A stretch of DNA of 37,672 nt from positions 1 through 37,672 of the IMG/VR virus record IMGVR_UViG_3300043015_000381; one strand, written 5' to 3'. Position numbers and translations under genes: made by a program. Source of the stretch: a virus. The notes under the pieces are model-generated. The model saw only the letters and a list, made by a program, of their open reading frames with translations. It did not search any database and was not told the DNA's origin. Below are positions 1-7,130 of this stretch, piece by piece (the stretch's first letter is position 1; each line of letters starts with the position of its first letter).

Positions 1-127
1 ATGCGCTAGACATCTTAGCTCAATACCAGAAAGATCAGCGCCAACAAGAACTCTATTACTTCCAACTGTCCATAACTCCCTACAATCGTGGTCTGATGGT
101 ATCTGAGCCATGTTAGGGCTACTGTGT
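1..127. repeat. Terminal overlap of the contig: bases 1-127 are identical to 37546-37672
   Basis: Both window ends read atgcgctagacatcttagctcaatacc...gggctactgtgt. The duplication lies inside one continuous polymerase reading frame, so it is a circularisation overlap and not a biological terminal repeat. Confidence 0.95.
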
Positions 128-1041
128 GTACAACGGTTAGTAACAGCGCCTAGCGTGTTAATACGTCCATGTACCCTACCATCATCCTTAGTTGCTTTAA
201 GCCAAGATTTAACTAGGCCTTGTTTCTTTTGAAGGTAAAAGTATCGTGCCAGTAATTGAGCCTCTGGTAGCTCTATTTGTGACAAGACTGCGTCATCTAT
301 TATGACATTACCTTTCTCTGTGTACTTGTCAAAGTCTACGCCTAAGCCCTCTAGACGCTCCGCAATCTGCTTACGTGATGCTGGATTGAAGACAGTAACT
401 TTGTCTTTAAGGCGCTTACCTGTTTTGACACTAATACGTTCTTCAACAAGCGGCGGGAAGACAGCCTGTAGCTCAGTTGTAATAGCATCCATTTCACTTG
501 TAAGCGATACTTCCATTTCTGTAGCTTTGTCATAATCAATCTTAAACCCTGTTCGTTCCATACGTGAGCAAATAATAGCACACTCATGCTCTAAGTCAAT
601 AGCTTTTTGTGCATTCCATTGCTCAAGTTCACGTTCTAAATGCTTGTGTAGGCGTTCTAGGACAAGAACATCTCTAACACAGTATTCAGCCATTTCGTCA
701 GTGTATCCACCATCAAAGTCCGTTACGTCAAAGTCCATCTTCTCAAAGCCCAGACGCTTACCCCAAGCCTTGAGGCTGTGACCGCCTTCAATGATAGGAT
801 TATGTAGTCTAGACATAATCAGCGTATCAATAGCCTGTGACTTGCGTATCTGAACTCCCCATACAGCACGTAAGATTGGGTAATCAAAGCCTATACCGTT
901 GTGGGCACAGACTTGATCGTTGCCTATATAGGCTTGTAAGCCCTCTGGTGTGCGCCAGTGACGTACTTCACCGTCCTTACGTGTAACACATAACCAGATA
1001 GTATCATGTGCTAAGTTTGTTTCTATATCTAAGTATATCAT
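1..1041 (-). CDS. Family A DNA polymerase, N-terminal part (3'-5' exonuclease plus start of the polymerase domain). The ORF runs off the window start and continues at 37545.
   Basis: Own translation from ATG 1039-1041: MIYLDIETN (ExoI DxE), HNGIGFDYPIL (ExoII), YCVRDVLV (ExoIII). The frame stays open to base 1 and ends ...NMAQIPSDHDCRELW, which is the start of the 36964..37656 ORF. The joined CDS is 1623 nt, 540 aa. The start overlaps the upstream stop as ATGA. Confidence 0.9.
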   Translation of the reverse strand, partial: MIYLDIETNLAHDTIWLCVTRKDGEVRHWRTPEGLQAYIGNDQVCAHNGIGFDYPILRAVWGVQIRKSQAIDTLIMSRLHNPIIEGGHSLKAWGKRLGFEKMDFDVTDFDGGYTDEMAEYCVRDVLVLERLHKHLERELEQWNAQKAIDLEHECAIICSRMERTGFKIDYDKATEMEVSLTSEMDAITTELQAVFPPLVEERISVKTGKRLKDKVTVFNPASRKQIAERLEGLGVDFDKYTEKGNVIIDDAVLSQIELPEAQLLARYFYLQKKQGLVKSWLKATKDDGRVHGRINTLGAVTNRCTHSSPNMAQIPSDHDCRELWTVGSNRVLVGADLSGIELRCLAH

Positions 1042-1391
1042 CACTTATCTCGCTGATGGTTGTTTAGATACTCTGTGTCTATTTCCTGTACAAGATCATC
1101 AACATTCACAGTTTCTGGAGCGTATTCATATAGTAATTGTATTAGAGCCTCGTTAACATACTGCTCATGTTTTAACTGACGGGCTGTACTTAACATTATA
1201 AACAGTCCGTGGTAGAAGTCATTATCTGGTAGATCGAAGTTACCCCCAACAAGTTTTCGAAGTTCCTTGACTATATAGTCAGTCTCTTCAAACTCATGAG
1301 GTTCTGGAGCTACTCCAAACTTAGCTGCATCGTTGTAAGTTTTATAAAAAGACTCTTCCCAATCACACATTAAATTGTTTACTGTTTTCAT
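1041..1391 (-). CDS. Hypothetical protein, 116 aa
   Basis: ORF with RBS gaggaggcaat before the ATG. Its stop overlaps the polymerase start (ATGA). No recognisable motif. Confidence 0.6.
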   Translation of the reverse strand: MKTVNNLMCDWEESFYKTYNDAAKFGVAPEPHEFEETDYIVKELRKLVGGNFDLPDNDFYHGLFIMLSTARQLKHEQYVNEALIQLLYEYAPETVNVDDLVQEIDTEYLNNHQRDK

Positions 1392-1424
1392 ATTGCCTCC
1401 TCTTGGCTTGCTAGTGTTACTAAT

Positions 1425-1453
1425 ATTTTAACATGCTTCGGACAATAAGTCCA
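1425..1453 (-). promoter_or_regulatory. Sigma70-like promoter with extended -10, inside the 3' end of the T5orf172 gene
   Basis: Minus strand reads TGGACT, 17 nt spacer, TGtTAAAAT, then ATTAGTAAC. The discriminator resembles the other promoters in this genome. Confidence 0.45.
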
Positions 1454-1985
1454 GTTGTTTCTCCTGTGCGTGTACAGCGTCAATCATGTCCTTAATGACC
1501 TCGTAGTCTGCGTTGAACCATTCACCTTGACAGTGTGACTCTGGTAATACGTTACGTAGTGATCTATGTACCTGTACCTCTGATGTGTGACGATTGTCGA
1601 ACTTTACAGAATAACGTAGCTCGTAGTCACGGTAGGGTGAGCTAGTCTGATAGCCGTTTAGACGATCTTCTGCGTTGACTGCTTTGCCTACTTTGTACCA
1701 GTTAGGGAAAGCCTTGTTAGTGATAATGTAGACCTCGCCTTCAGTACTACGCTGGTCAATCTCTACATGACTCCACGCATCATCAAGGGTCTTGTAGCGA
1801 CCTGCTTTGTACAATGGATGTTTCTTTGAAATATACTTACCATTTACGTACATGCGAGTCCCGTGAAACTTTGTCATGTTTTCGTTATGACAAGACCTAC
1901 ACACCTTTTTGTTTATAATTACATTGCTCTCGTGCCAATTCTTATTCTCAATAAGAGCTACGCCGCAATCTGTACATGTATTCAT
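1428..1985 (-). CDS. Zinc-ribbon plus T5orf172/MUG113 (GIY-YIG-like) domain protein; candidate free-standing homing endonuclease or DNA-binding protein
   Basis: N-terminus has CTDC...CRSC. C-terminus reads EVYIITNKAFPNWYKVGKA...RLNGYQT...GEWF, typical of the T5orf172 family. The start overlaps the primase-helicase stop (ATGA). Confidence 0.6.
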   Translation of the reverse strand: MNTCTDCGVALIENKNWHESNVIINKKVCRSCHNENMTKFHGTRMYVNGKYISKKHPLYKAGRYKTLDDAWSHVEIDQRSTEGEVYIITNKAFPNWYKVGKAVNAEDRLNGYQTSSPYRDYELRYSVKFDNRHTSEVQVHRSLRNVLPESHCQGEWFNADYEVIKDMIDAVHAQEKQLDLLSEAC

Positions 1986-3565
1986 AGTGCATCATCTCCT
2001 GCATATGGGTCTGCCATTGGGAACATATGCGTTGTCAGGTTATCGTATCGTAGCCAGCCAGCAGAGCCTGTGTCGCCTGTCCGTCTACATTTAACCAAGT
2101 GTAACTTAGTTGCATTCTTTTTACTAGGGTCTTCTGCCATCTTATCACGGCTAATCAGTATTGTATTGAAAGCAATCTGGTTAATGCTTGATGAACCCAG
2201 TAGATCATACTCACTAACTGCATGAGGGTCTTTACCGTCAGGCTTACGCATGTGCGATACCAGTATAACAGCTACGTTGGTCTCTTTAGCAAACTTCAGT
2301 ATAGCATCCATAAAGTTGATTACTGCACCGTTGTCGCTAGAGTCTATAGCAGCCTGAATAGGGTCTATGATAATTAGATCACATTCCTCTGCCTTTGCCA
2401 AGTAGTTTACCTTATTCATAATCGCCTCAGTGCTCAGCGAGCCTTTGTGGTCAATTAAGATTAGGTTGTCCTTTGGTGCTATCTTCTCCTTCCAGTGCTT
2501 CTCTAGTTTGTCCATGTCAAGGTCTTTACGTTCCATACGTCTAATGTTCATAGCCAAGTCAAGGCTAAGCACATCTCGGACGACTTCACGCTGAGTACCT
2601 TCTAAGAACAGTACACCTGTCTTAAAATGTGTGTTCTCCATCAGGTGATACGCTATGTTGGTCACAATAGTTGATTTGCCAATGCTTGTCAATGCGCCTA
2701 CAACTGTCACCTCACCTCGTTCTGTACCTCCTCGCATCATATCGTTAAGTGACACCCAAGAGTCTGGGAATGGTATCTTAACGTTAGAGTCTTCATTGGC
2801 AAATTCGTCCCACATATTGCTAAGGCGAACTACACCAGCCGGACTAAACTGTTCTGCTCGCCACACAGACACGCTGTACTCTGTTTTCTTACCATCCTTC
2901 AGCATGTCGTTAGCGTCTTTGAAGCCATTAGGCATCTTGACAATTCGTGCCTTACTGTTGAATAGTTCTGCTACGACCTTTGTAGCCTCTTGACCTGCAT
3001 CGTCGTTATCAAAGTTGATGTAGATGCTGTCAAAGCTGTTTAGCCATTCAAAGTTAGTCTTACAGTCCTTCAGAGCCGCTTTAGCGCCATTACGTACGCT
3101 TACTACTGGGTACTTACCATCCATCATCTGAAAGGCGCTGAGAGCGTCTATTTCGCCTTCTGTGACGATTACCATCTTACCACCAGCAGAGAAGCGCTCT
3201 TGACCAAACAAGCCTGTGTTGTCCTGCCAAGCGCCTGTGATGGTAAACTCCTTCTGTCCCCCTTTGCGTACCTTTGCAGCCTTACCATATGGGAATACAA
3301 GATCTGCGCCAGAGAAGCCAACACCGTACCGCTCACAGGTATTTACGTTGACACTGCGGTCTACCAAGGCTCTATAGGTCAAAGCTGCTGGTGTTGGTTG
3401 TGTGTACGTCTTAGTCACTATGTATTCCTCTTCATGTTCATAAGAACCATCTAATTTAATGTTTGCATCACAACTGAAGCACTTACCCCAACCATTGTCA
3501 TCTATAGCATACGCATCTGAGCTATCGCACTTTGGGCAAGGTAGTCCTGATTTAACAAATGCCAT
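1982..3565 (-). CDS. Bifunctional primase-helicase (T7 gp4-like)
   Basis: Zn finger CPKCDSSD...CFSCD. TOPRIM motifs VTEGEIDALS and NFDNDDAGQ. DnaB-like Walker A GALTSIGKST and Walker B LIIIDP. 527 aa. Confidence 0.9.
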   Translation of the reverse strand: MAFVKSGLPCPKCDSSDAYAIDDNGWGKCFSCDANIKLDGSYEHEEEYIVTKTYTQPTPAALTYRALVDRSVNVNTCERYGVGFSGADLVFPYGKAAKVRKGGQKEFTITGAWQDNTGLFGQERFSAGGKMVIVTEGEIDALSAFQMMDGKYPVVSVRNGAKAALKDCKTNFEWLNSFDSIYINFDNDDAGQEATKVVAELFNSKARIVKMPNGFKDANDMLKDGKKTEYSVSVWRAEQFSPAGVVRLSNMWDEFANEDSNVKIPFPDSWVSLNDMMRGGTERGEVTVVGALTSIGKSTIVTNIAYHLMENTHFKTGVLFLEGTQREVVRDVLSLDLAMNIRRMERKDLDMDKLEKHWKEKIAPKDNLILIDHKGSLSTEAIMNKVNYLAKAEECDLIIIDPIQAAIDSSDNGAVINFMDAILKFAKETNVAVILVSHMRKPDGKDPHAVSEYDLLGSSSINQIAFNTILISRDKMAEDPSKKNATKLHLVKCRRTGDTGSAGWLRYDNLTTHMFPMADPYAGDDAL

Positions 3566-3574
3566 GTGTATCTC

Positions 3575-3763
3575 CTAAGATTTAGCCATTAGACTATCAT
3601 TATAAGCTTTCCAAGCCTCTTTGTACAGTCCTCCTTTTGCATTAGCTATGCGCCTTGCAGAGTCCCAACGGTTCTTACCAGCTATATAGGCTCTGTAGTC
3701 GTCAGCATAGCCAAATGTAGGGTCTAAGTTGTCTAAGTACTGTTTATATTCATTAAGATTCAT
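3575..3763 (-). CDS. Hypothetical protein, 62 aa
   Basis: ORF immediately upstream of the primase-helicase, with RBS agaggtcac before the ATG. Confidence 0.5.
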   Translation of the reverse strand: MNLNEYKQYLDNLDPTFGYADDYRAYIAGKNRWDSARRIANAKGGLYKEAWKAYNDSLMAKS

Positions 3764-3800
3764 TCTTTGTGACCTCTAAAGTGCGCTGTTTACTATATAG

Positions 3801-4019
3801 TTAATATTTTAGCATGAATTTATCGTCTTGTAAATAGTCTTCTTCGGATTCATACAAGATATCTGCTTCGCCAACCAAGTCAAGTCGCACTGACACCTCT
3901 TTGTCGTCATATTCTGCGGCTTTGTAGCATGAGTTACAAAGGTCAATGAACTCGTCATGCTGGTCTTTACGTGTAGCTTCGTAGTCTGTTAGTTCAATGT
4001 TACAAGCTAGGCATCGCAT
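3801..4019 (-). CDS. Small zinc-ribbon protein, 72 aa (alternative upstream ATG at 4058 would give 85 aa)
   Basis: CLAC...(24 aa)...CNSC four-Cys pattern. AGGAG lies 9 nt before the ATG at 4017-4019, whereas the ATG at 4058 has only a purine-rich stretch upstream. Confidence 0.6.
   Translation of the reverse strand: MRCLACNIELTDYEATRKDQHDEFIDLCNSCYKAAEYDDKEVSVRLDLVGEADILYESEEDYLQDDKFMLKY
3806..3834 (-). promoter_or_regulatory. Sigma70-like promoter with extended -10
   Basis: Minus strand reads TTTACA, 17 nt spacer, TGcTAAAAT, ATTAA, CTATATAGTAAAC. It has the same downstream box as the promoters at 7795 and 18772. Confidence 0.5.
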
Positions 4020-4020
4020 A

Positions 4021-4170
4021 TCAAAATTCTCCTGCGTATTCAATTGTGAAGCGGTCATGGTTCTTCTTTAGTGAAGCTGTGTAGCTATAAAGATCTGTCA
4101 AGGCTACTTTGTAACTATATTTACGATACTTCCAAGTGTTGTCCCAAACTGTGACTATATATTGACTCAT
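4021..4170 (-). CDS. Hypothetical micro-protein, 49 aa (below the ORF-track cutoff)
   Basis: Own translation: MSQYIVTVWDNTWKYRKYSYKVALTDLYSYTASLKKNHDRFTIEYAGEF. GAGG RBS. ATGA overlap with the upstream stop. Confidence 0.45.
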   Translation of the reverse strand: MSQYIVTVWDNTWKYRKYSYKVALTDLYSYTASLKKNHDRFTIEYAGEF

Positions 4171-4367
4171 TTTGACCTCATATCTATACGAATGTTCTCT
4201 ACTTGGTACTGACCGTAGCCAATGTTCTTCATAATGACCATGTTAGTGTCCTCTACCAGCAATGTCAAGTGTTTTCTGAACTCTGGTAGCGGTTTATTAA
4301 CTGTATCTGCTATCTCTTTAGCCTCTGATTCGTTGCATAAGTGCAACACTTCACCATTATACTTCAT
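4167..4367 (-). CDS. Hypothetical protein, 66 aa
   Basis: Start moved to the internal ATG (MKYNGEV...), which has a GGAGG RBS and an ATGA overlap with the upstream micro-ORF. Confidence 0.55.
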   Translation of the reverse strand: MKYNGEVLHLCNESEAKEIADTVNKPLPEFRKHLTLLVEDTNMVIMKNIGYGQYQVENIRIDMRSK

Positions 4368-4513
4368 ACAATATCCTCCAACATCTCCCAAGCGTCATCT
4401 AGGTCTACAGCTTCTTCTTCAATCTGACTGATAATACACTCAGCCTCATCAGTATCTATGTGGCGATCAAAGACTAAGTAGTGCCACATTGCTCCCCATA
4501 GTTCGTTACTCAT
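4364..4513 (-). CDS. Hypothetical acidic micro-protein, 49 aa (below the ORF-track cutoff)
   Basis: Own translation: MSNELWGAMWHYLVFDRHIDTDEAECIISQIEEEAVDLDDAWEMLEDIV. GGAGG lies 7 nt upstream. ATGA overlaps at both ends. Confidence 0.5.
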   Translation of the reverse strand: MSNELWGAMWHYLVFDRHIDTDEAECIISQIEEEAVDLDDAWEMLEDIV

Positions 4514-4830
4514 CGTAGCTCCTCCAGCCATGCTATGTTCTGATCTAGATCATCGCACATCTGTTGATATTCTGTCAAGTCTTTTTTGTCTAACTTATTA
4601 GCCCATTGTGTGAACTCTTGGTGAAACTCTAGACCTGTCAAGCATTGTTTAAGTACCTGTGAAGGCTTGAATGCAAAGCCGCCTACAGTGACTGTCTTGT
4701 AATTGTTGTCAATCCAGTTCTCGTATGAGCTGTAAGTGACATACACTACAGGGTCAAAGTTCTTGATCTGCTTTTGTAGGTCGGTTATCCGTCCCTCAAT
4801 CATGCTGCGTAGGTTCTCTGTCCTTTTCAT
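4510..4830 (-). CDS. Hypothetical protein, 106 aa
   Basis: ORF in the coupled gene chain, with a TAATG overlap with the upstream gene. Confidence 0.6.
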   Translation of the reverse strand: MKRTENLRSMIEGRITDLQKQIKNFDPVVYVTYSSYENWIDNNYKTVTVGGFAFKPSQVLKQCLTGLEFHQEFTQWANKLDKKDLTEYQQMCDDLDQNIAWLEELR

Positions 4831-4961
4831 TAGTATGCTCCTGTGAACTCAATGTAGTAGACTCCATTACTCTCTGTAGCACTGAAGCCTATGCCAAACT
4901 TAACACACATTTGAATCATTGTAAAGTGCAAGTTTAAATCTTCTGTCTTATGCTGCATCAT
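4830..4961 (-). CDS. Hypothetical micro-protein, 43 aa (below the ORF-track cutoff)
   Basis: Own translation: MMQHKTEDLNLHFTMIQMCVKFGIGFSATESNGVYYIEFTGAY. GAGGA RBS. The stop overlaps the next start (TAATG). Confidence 0.4.
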   Translation of the reverse strand: MMQHKTEDLNLHFTMIQMCVKFGIGFSATESNGVYYIEFTGAY

Positions 4962-5109
4962 CACTTTCCTCAAATATACCATGACTTATTACCGCTTCCT
5001 CAACAGCACTAGGAAAGTTTGTAACTATAAAGTCAACAAGCTCGTACCTATCGCTAAATTCAAAGATAGTGTTAGGTTCAGTGCTTATCTTCAGTTCAAA
5101 TGTAGTCAT
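4948..5109 (-). CDS. Hypothetical micro-protein, 53 aa (below the ORF-track cutoff)
   Basis: Own translation: MTTFELKISTEPNTIFEFSDRYELVDFIVTNFPSAVEEAVISHGIFEESDDAA. It starts 1 nt after the stop of the 5111..5479 gene. Confidence 0.4.
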   Translation of the reverse strand: MTTFELKISTEPNTIFEFSDRYELVDFIVTNFPSAVEEAVISHGIFEESDDAA

Positions 5110-5110
5110 G

Positions 5111-5479
5111 TTAGAATACCACCACTGTTCTGTTATCTGCGTCTAGGTAGGCAAACTCAGAGCCTGTGTATGCCTGTTCTGTGTCCTTATGTACAAACGT
5201 GCTGTACTTGTAAGGGTTGTATGTAATGTAATCTACTGGCTCGCCTTCTGTCAAGAACATTTTTACATCTTTTAACATTAATTCACCAACAATACCTGCG
5301 TGTACATTCTTGCGCTGCTCACGTAGCACTCGCTGACGACCTGCCTCGCTTACTTTGGGTTTGCTGTCCCTTAATGTAACGTACTTACTGTGTCCTATTA
5401 CACGTCCTTTGTCCTGTCCTTCTAGAGCCTTAATAGACCAGACGTGCCTGTGTAGATTGTAGTAACAAAAAACTTTCAT
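5111..5479 (-). CDS. Hypothetical protein, 122 aa; first gene of the minus arm
   Basis: ORF directly downstream of the minus-strand promoter at 5518-5546. The sequence (YYNLHRHVWSIK...KNVHAGIVGE) looks like a conserved phage protein that I cannot name. Confidence 0.65.
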   Translation of the reverse strand: MKVFCYYNLHRHVWSIKALEGQDKGRVIGHSKYVTLRDSKPKVSEAGRQRVLREQRKNVHAGIVGELMLKDVKMFLTEGEPVDYITYNPYKYSTFVHKDTEQAYTGSEFAYLDADNRTVVVF

Positions 5480-5517
5480 GGTTCGCTGTCCCTTTAATGT
5501 TTCAGGTTATGTGTCCC

Positions 5518-5546
5518 ACTATATACAGCTATTCAACACAATGCAA
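5518..5546 (-). promoter_or_regulatory. Sigma70-like promoter driving the minus (replication) arm
   Basis: Minus strand reads TTGCAT, 17 nt spacer, TATAGT. An A/T-rich UP-like tract (5547-5570) lies upstream, and the first gene starts about 30 nt downstream. Confidence 0.5.
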
Positions 5547-5611
5547 GTAATAATTTAATTTTTTTTTGTAGCACGCCACTGCCCCTGTACTCATGTACTA
5601 GTACGCTGATA

Positions 5612-5684
5612 CCTGTATAAATATACAGTGCTGTACAGATATACAGTGCTGTACAGATATACAGTGCTGTACAGATATACAGTA
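5612..5684. repeat. 18-bp tandem repeat ATATACAGTGCTGTACAG: 3 perfect copies (5621-5674) plus flanking partial copies
   Basis: Read directly. Each unit contains the palindrome CTGTACAG. The array lies between the two divergent promoters. Confidence 0.9.
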
Positions 5685-5821
5685 GACTAAAGTATAATAC
5701 GAAATAGTTTGACATAGGCTATAAAGTGTAGTACTCGCACGCACACGCATAATAGAAGGTAGCAGTAAATTTTGGTTATAAGCATATTTCAAAGCGATAT
5801 AAAAAATATTTAACTTTTTTG

Positions 5822-5849
5822 TTGCATTCAAAAGTGAAAGCTCTATACT
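5822..5849 (+). promoter_or_regulatory. Sigma70-like promoter driving the plus arm
   Basis: TTGCAT, 16 nt spacer, TATACT, preceded by an A/T-rich tract (aaaaaatatttaactttttt). Confidence 0.5.
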
Positions 5850-5900
5850 TGTAATCACTGGGACGCAACAACGCAGCCCAACAAACAAAAGGTATATATT

Positions 5901-6116
5901 ATGAAACTTATCAACGTTAAACAGACTGCAAACGGTACTACTCGCTTTACACTGCTAAACAAACAAGGGTTTTACCGTATCCGCAAAGTTAAAAGCCGTT
6001 GGGGTTACAATTCAGGCGAATGTTTTAAACAGCTACACTTAGGCAAGCTAACGCTGGCACTAGAGTTCAAACAAAAGAAACGTGATCTATTCCAGTTTGC
6101 AACTAACGCCAAATAA
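5901..6116 (+). CDS. Small basic hypothetical protein, 71 aa; effectively monocistronic
   Basis: AAGG RBS. K/R-rich. Followed by a hairpin terminator at 6134-6155. Confidence 0.55.
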   Translation: MKLINVKQTANGTTRFTLLNKQGFYRIRKVKSRWGYNSGECFKQLHLGKLTLALEFKQKKRDLFQFATNAK

Positions 6117-6133
6117 GCTTAACAGCCCTATAG

Positions 6134-6155
6134 AGCCCGCACTAGCGGGCTTTCT
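6134..6155 (+). terminator. Rho-independent-type terminator
   Basis: AGCCCGC, loop acta, GCGGGCT, followed by TTCT. Confidence 0.5.
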
Positions 6156-6181
6156 AGGTGAAACTATAGGGAGCGTATATC

Positions 6182-6277
6182 ATGCCGCAAATTAACTTAG
6201 AAGACCTGTTTTATATAGTAGCAGCGCTAGCCGTTGCTGTTCTGTTTAGTTCTAGTCTGTTAGGTGGTGCAATATGA
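6182..6277 (+). CDS. 31-aa single-pass hydrophobic peptide, translationally coupled to the next gene
   Basis: Own translation: MPQINLEDLFYIVAALAVAVLFSSSLLGGAI. GGGAG RBS. ATGA overlap with the 6274 start. Confidence 0.4.
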   Translation: MPQINLEDLFYIVAALAVAVLFSSSLLGGAI

Positions 6278-6948
6278 AACTTTTAAGTACAAGCGCAAAA
6301 CTTGAAAAATCTCAGAACGATAACTGGTTAAACTACGTTCTATATTTAGAGCCTAGCGTTGATTACAAATCAATCTGCGCTGGTAGTTCTAAGGGCTGCC
6401 GAGCTAGCTGTTTAGTTAATAGCGGTATGATGCGTATGCCAGTACAGACCAAAGCACGCATTGAGCGTACAAGGCTCTATATAGACGATAGAGAAGCTTT
6501 TATGACTAAACTGGTATCAGAGCTTAACGCAGCACTAAAACGGGCTCAGAAAGCCGGTAAACGCCTAGCAGTGCGCCTAAATGGCACTAGTGATCTAGAT
6601 TGGTCTAGTGTTTACATGCTCTATCCAGATATACAGTTTTACGAATACACAAAGCGAGTACAGATTGTTAAAGCGGTATCAGAATTGCCTAACGTGCATA
6701 TCACTATGAGCGCTACTGAAAAGACAACGCCAGAGCGCATAAAGCTTGTAACTGATAACGGTACTAACGTTGCTATGGTATTCGCAGATAAAGTGCCAGC
6801 AACATACAAGGGCTTTACCGTTATAGATGGCGATAAGCACGACAGGCGCTTTGAAGACCAACAAGGGGTTATTGTAGGGCTTAAGCTTAAGGGGACTAAC
6901 AAGGCTAAACAATCCGCTATTGATACAGGCTTTGCCCGTTATGCTTGA
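6274..6948 (+). CDS. Conserved phage protein resembling the GP88 family; function unknown, enzyme-like
   Basis: 224 aa. Cys cluster CAGSSKGCRASC. Other motifs RLNGTSD, YEYTK and VIDGDKHDRRF. The family assignment is from memory of its pattern and has not been searched. Confidence 0.45.
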   Translation: MKLLSTSAKLEKSQNDNWLNYVLYLEPSVDYKSICAGSSKGCRASCLVNSGMMRMPVQTKARIERTRLYIDDREAFMTKLVSELNAALKRAQKAGKRLAVRLNGTSDLDWSSVYMLYPDIQFYEYTKRVQIVKAVSELPNVHITMSATEKTTPERIKLVTDNGTNVAMVFADKVPATYKGFTVIDGDKHDRRFEDQQGVIVGLKLKGTNKAKQSAIDTGFARYA

Positions 6949-7022
6949 GCTGATAGAGTTAGGCGGTATAGGCTGGTTGCTCTACCATATGTTTAAATGA
7001 TCTAAGGATATAACTAATTTAG

Positions 7023-7054
7023 GCTCTGGGCTTGCAAAGGCTCAGGGCTTTTTT
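7023..7054 (+). terminator. Rho-independent terminator closing the 5901-6948 operon
   Basis: GCTCTGGGC, loop ttgcaaag, GCTCAGGGC (9 bp stem, two G-U pairs), followed by TTTTTT. Confidence 0.6.
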
Positions 7055-7130
7055 GTGCTTAGTGCTATAACCAAATAATATAAATATATTCCCCTTAGTT
7101 ATCCGCCTAAATTGCCCTGTAAGCGCTTTT

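Noticed and set aside
1-127. The 127-bp end duplication as a biological direct terminal repeat
   Set aside because: It lies in the middle of the DNA polymerase coding sequence, and the frame is only intact when the copies are merged. It is an assembly overlap.
5612-5684. Possible CRISPR array suggested by the regularly repeated 18-mers (also 7489-7550)
   Set aside because: The repeats are directly abutting with no unique spacers. The units are too short and no cas genes are present. These are tandem repeats, not CRISPR.
5533-5888. ORF-track entries 5533..5715 (-) and 5598..5888 (-) with repetitive peptides (ALYICTALYICT..., CISVQHCISVQH...)
   Set aside because: They are read-through translations of the 18-bp tandem repeat and the divergent promoter region. 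They have no RBS and low-complexity periodic sequence, and they overlap the mapped promoter elements.
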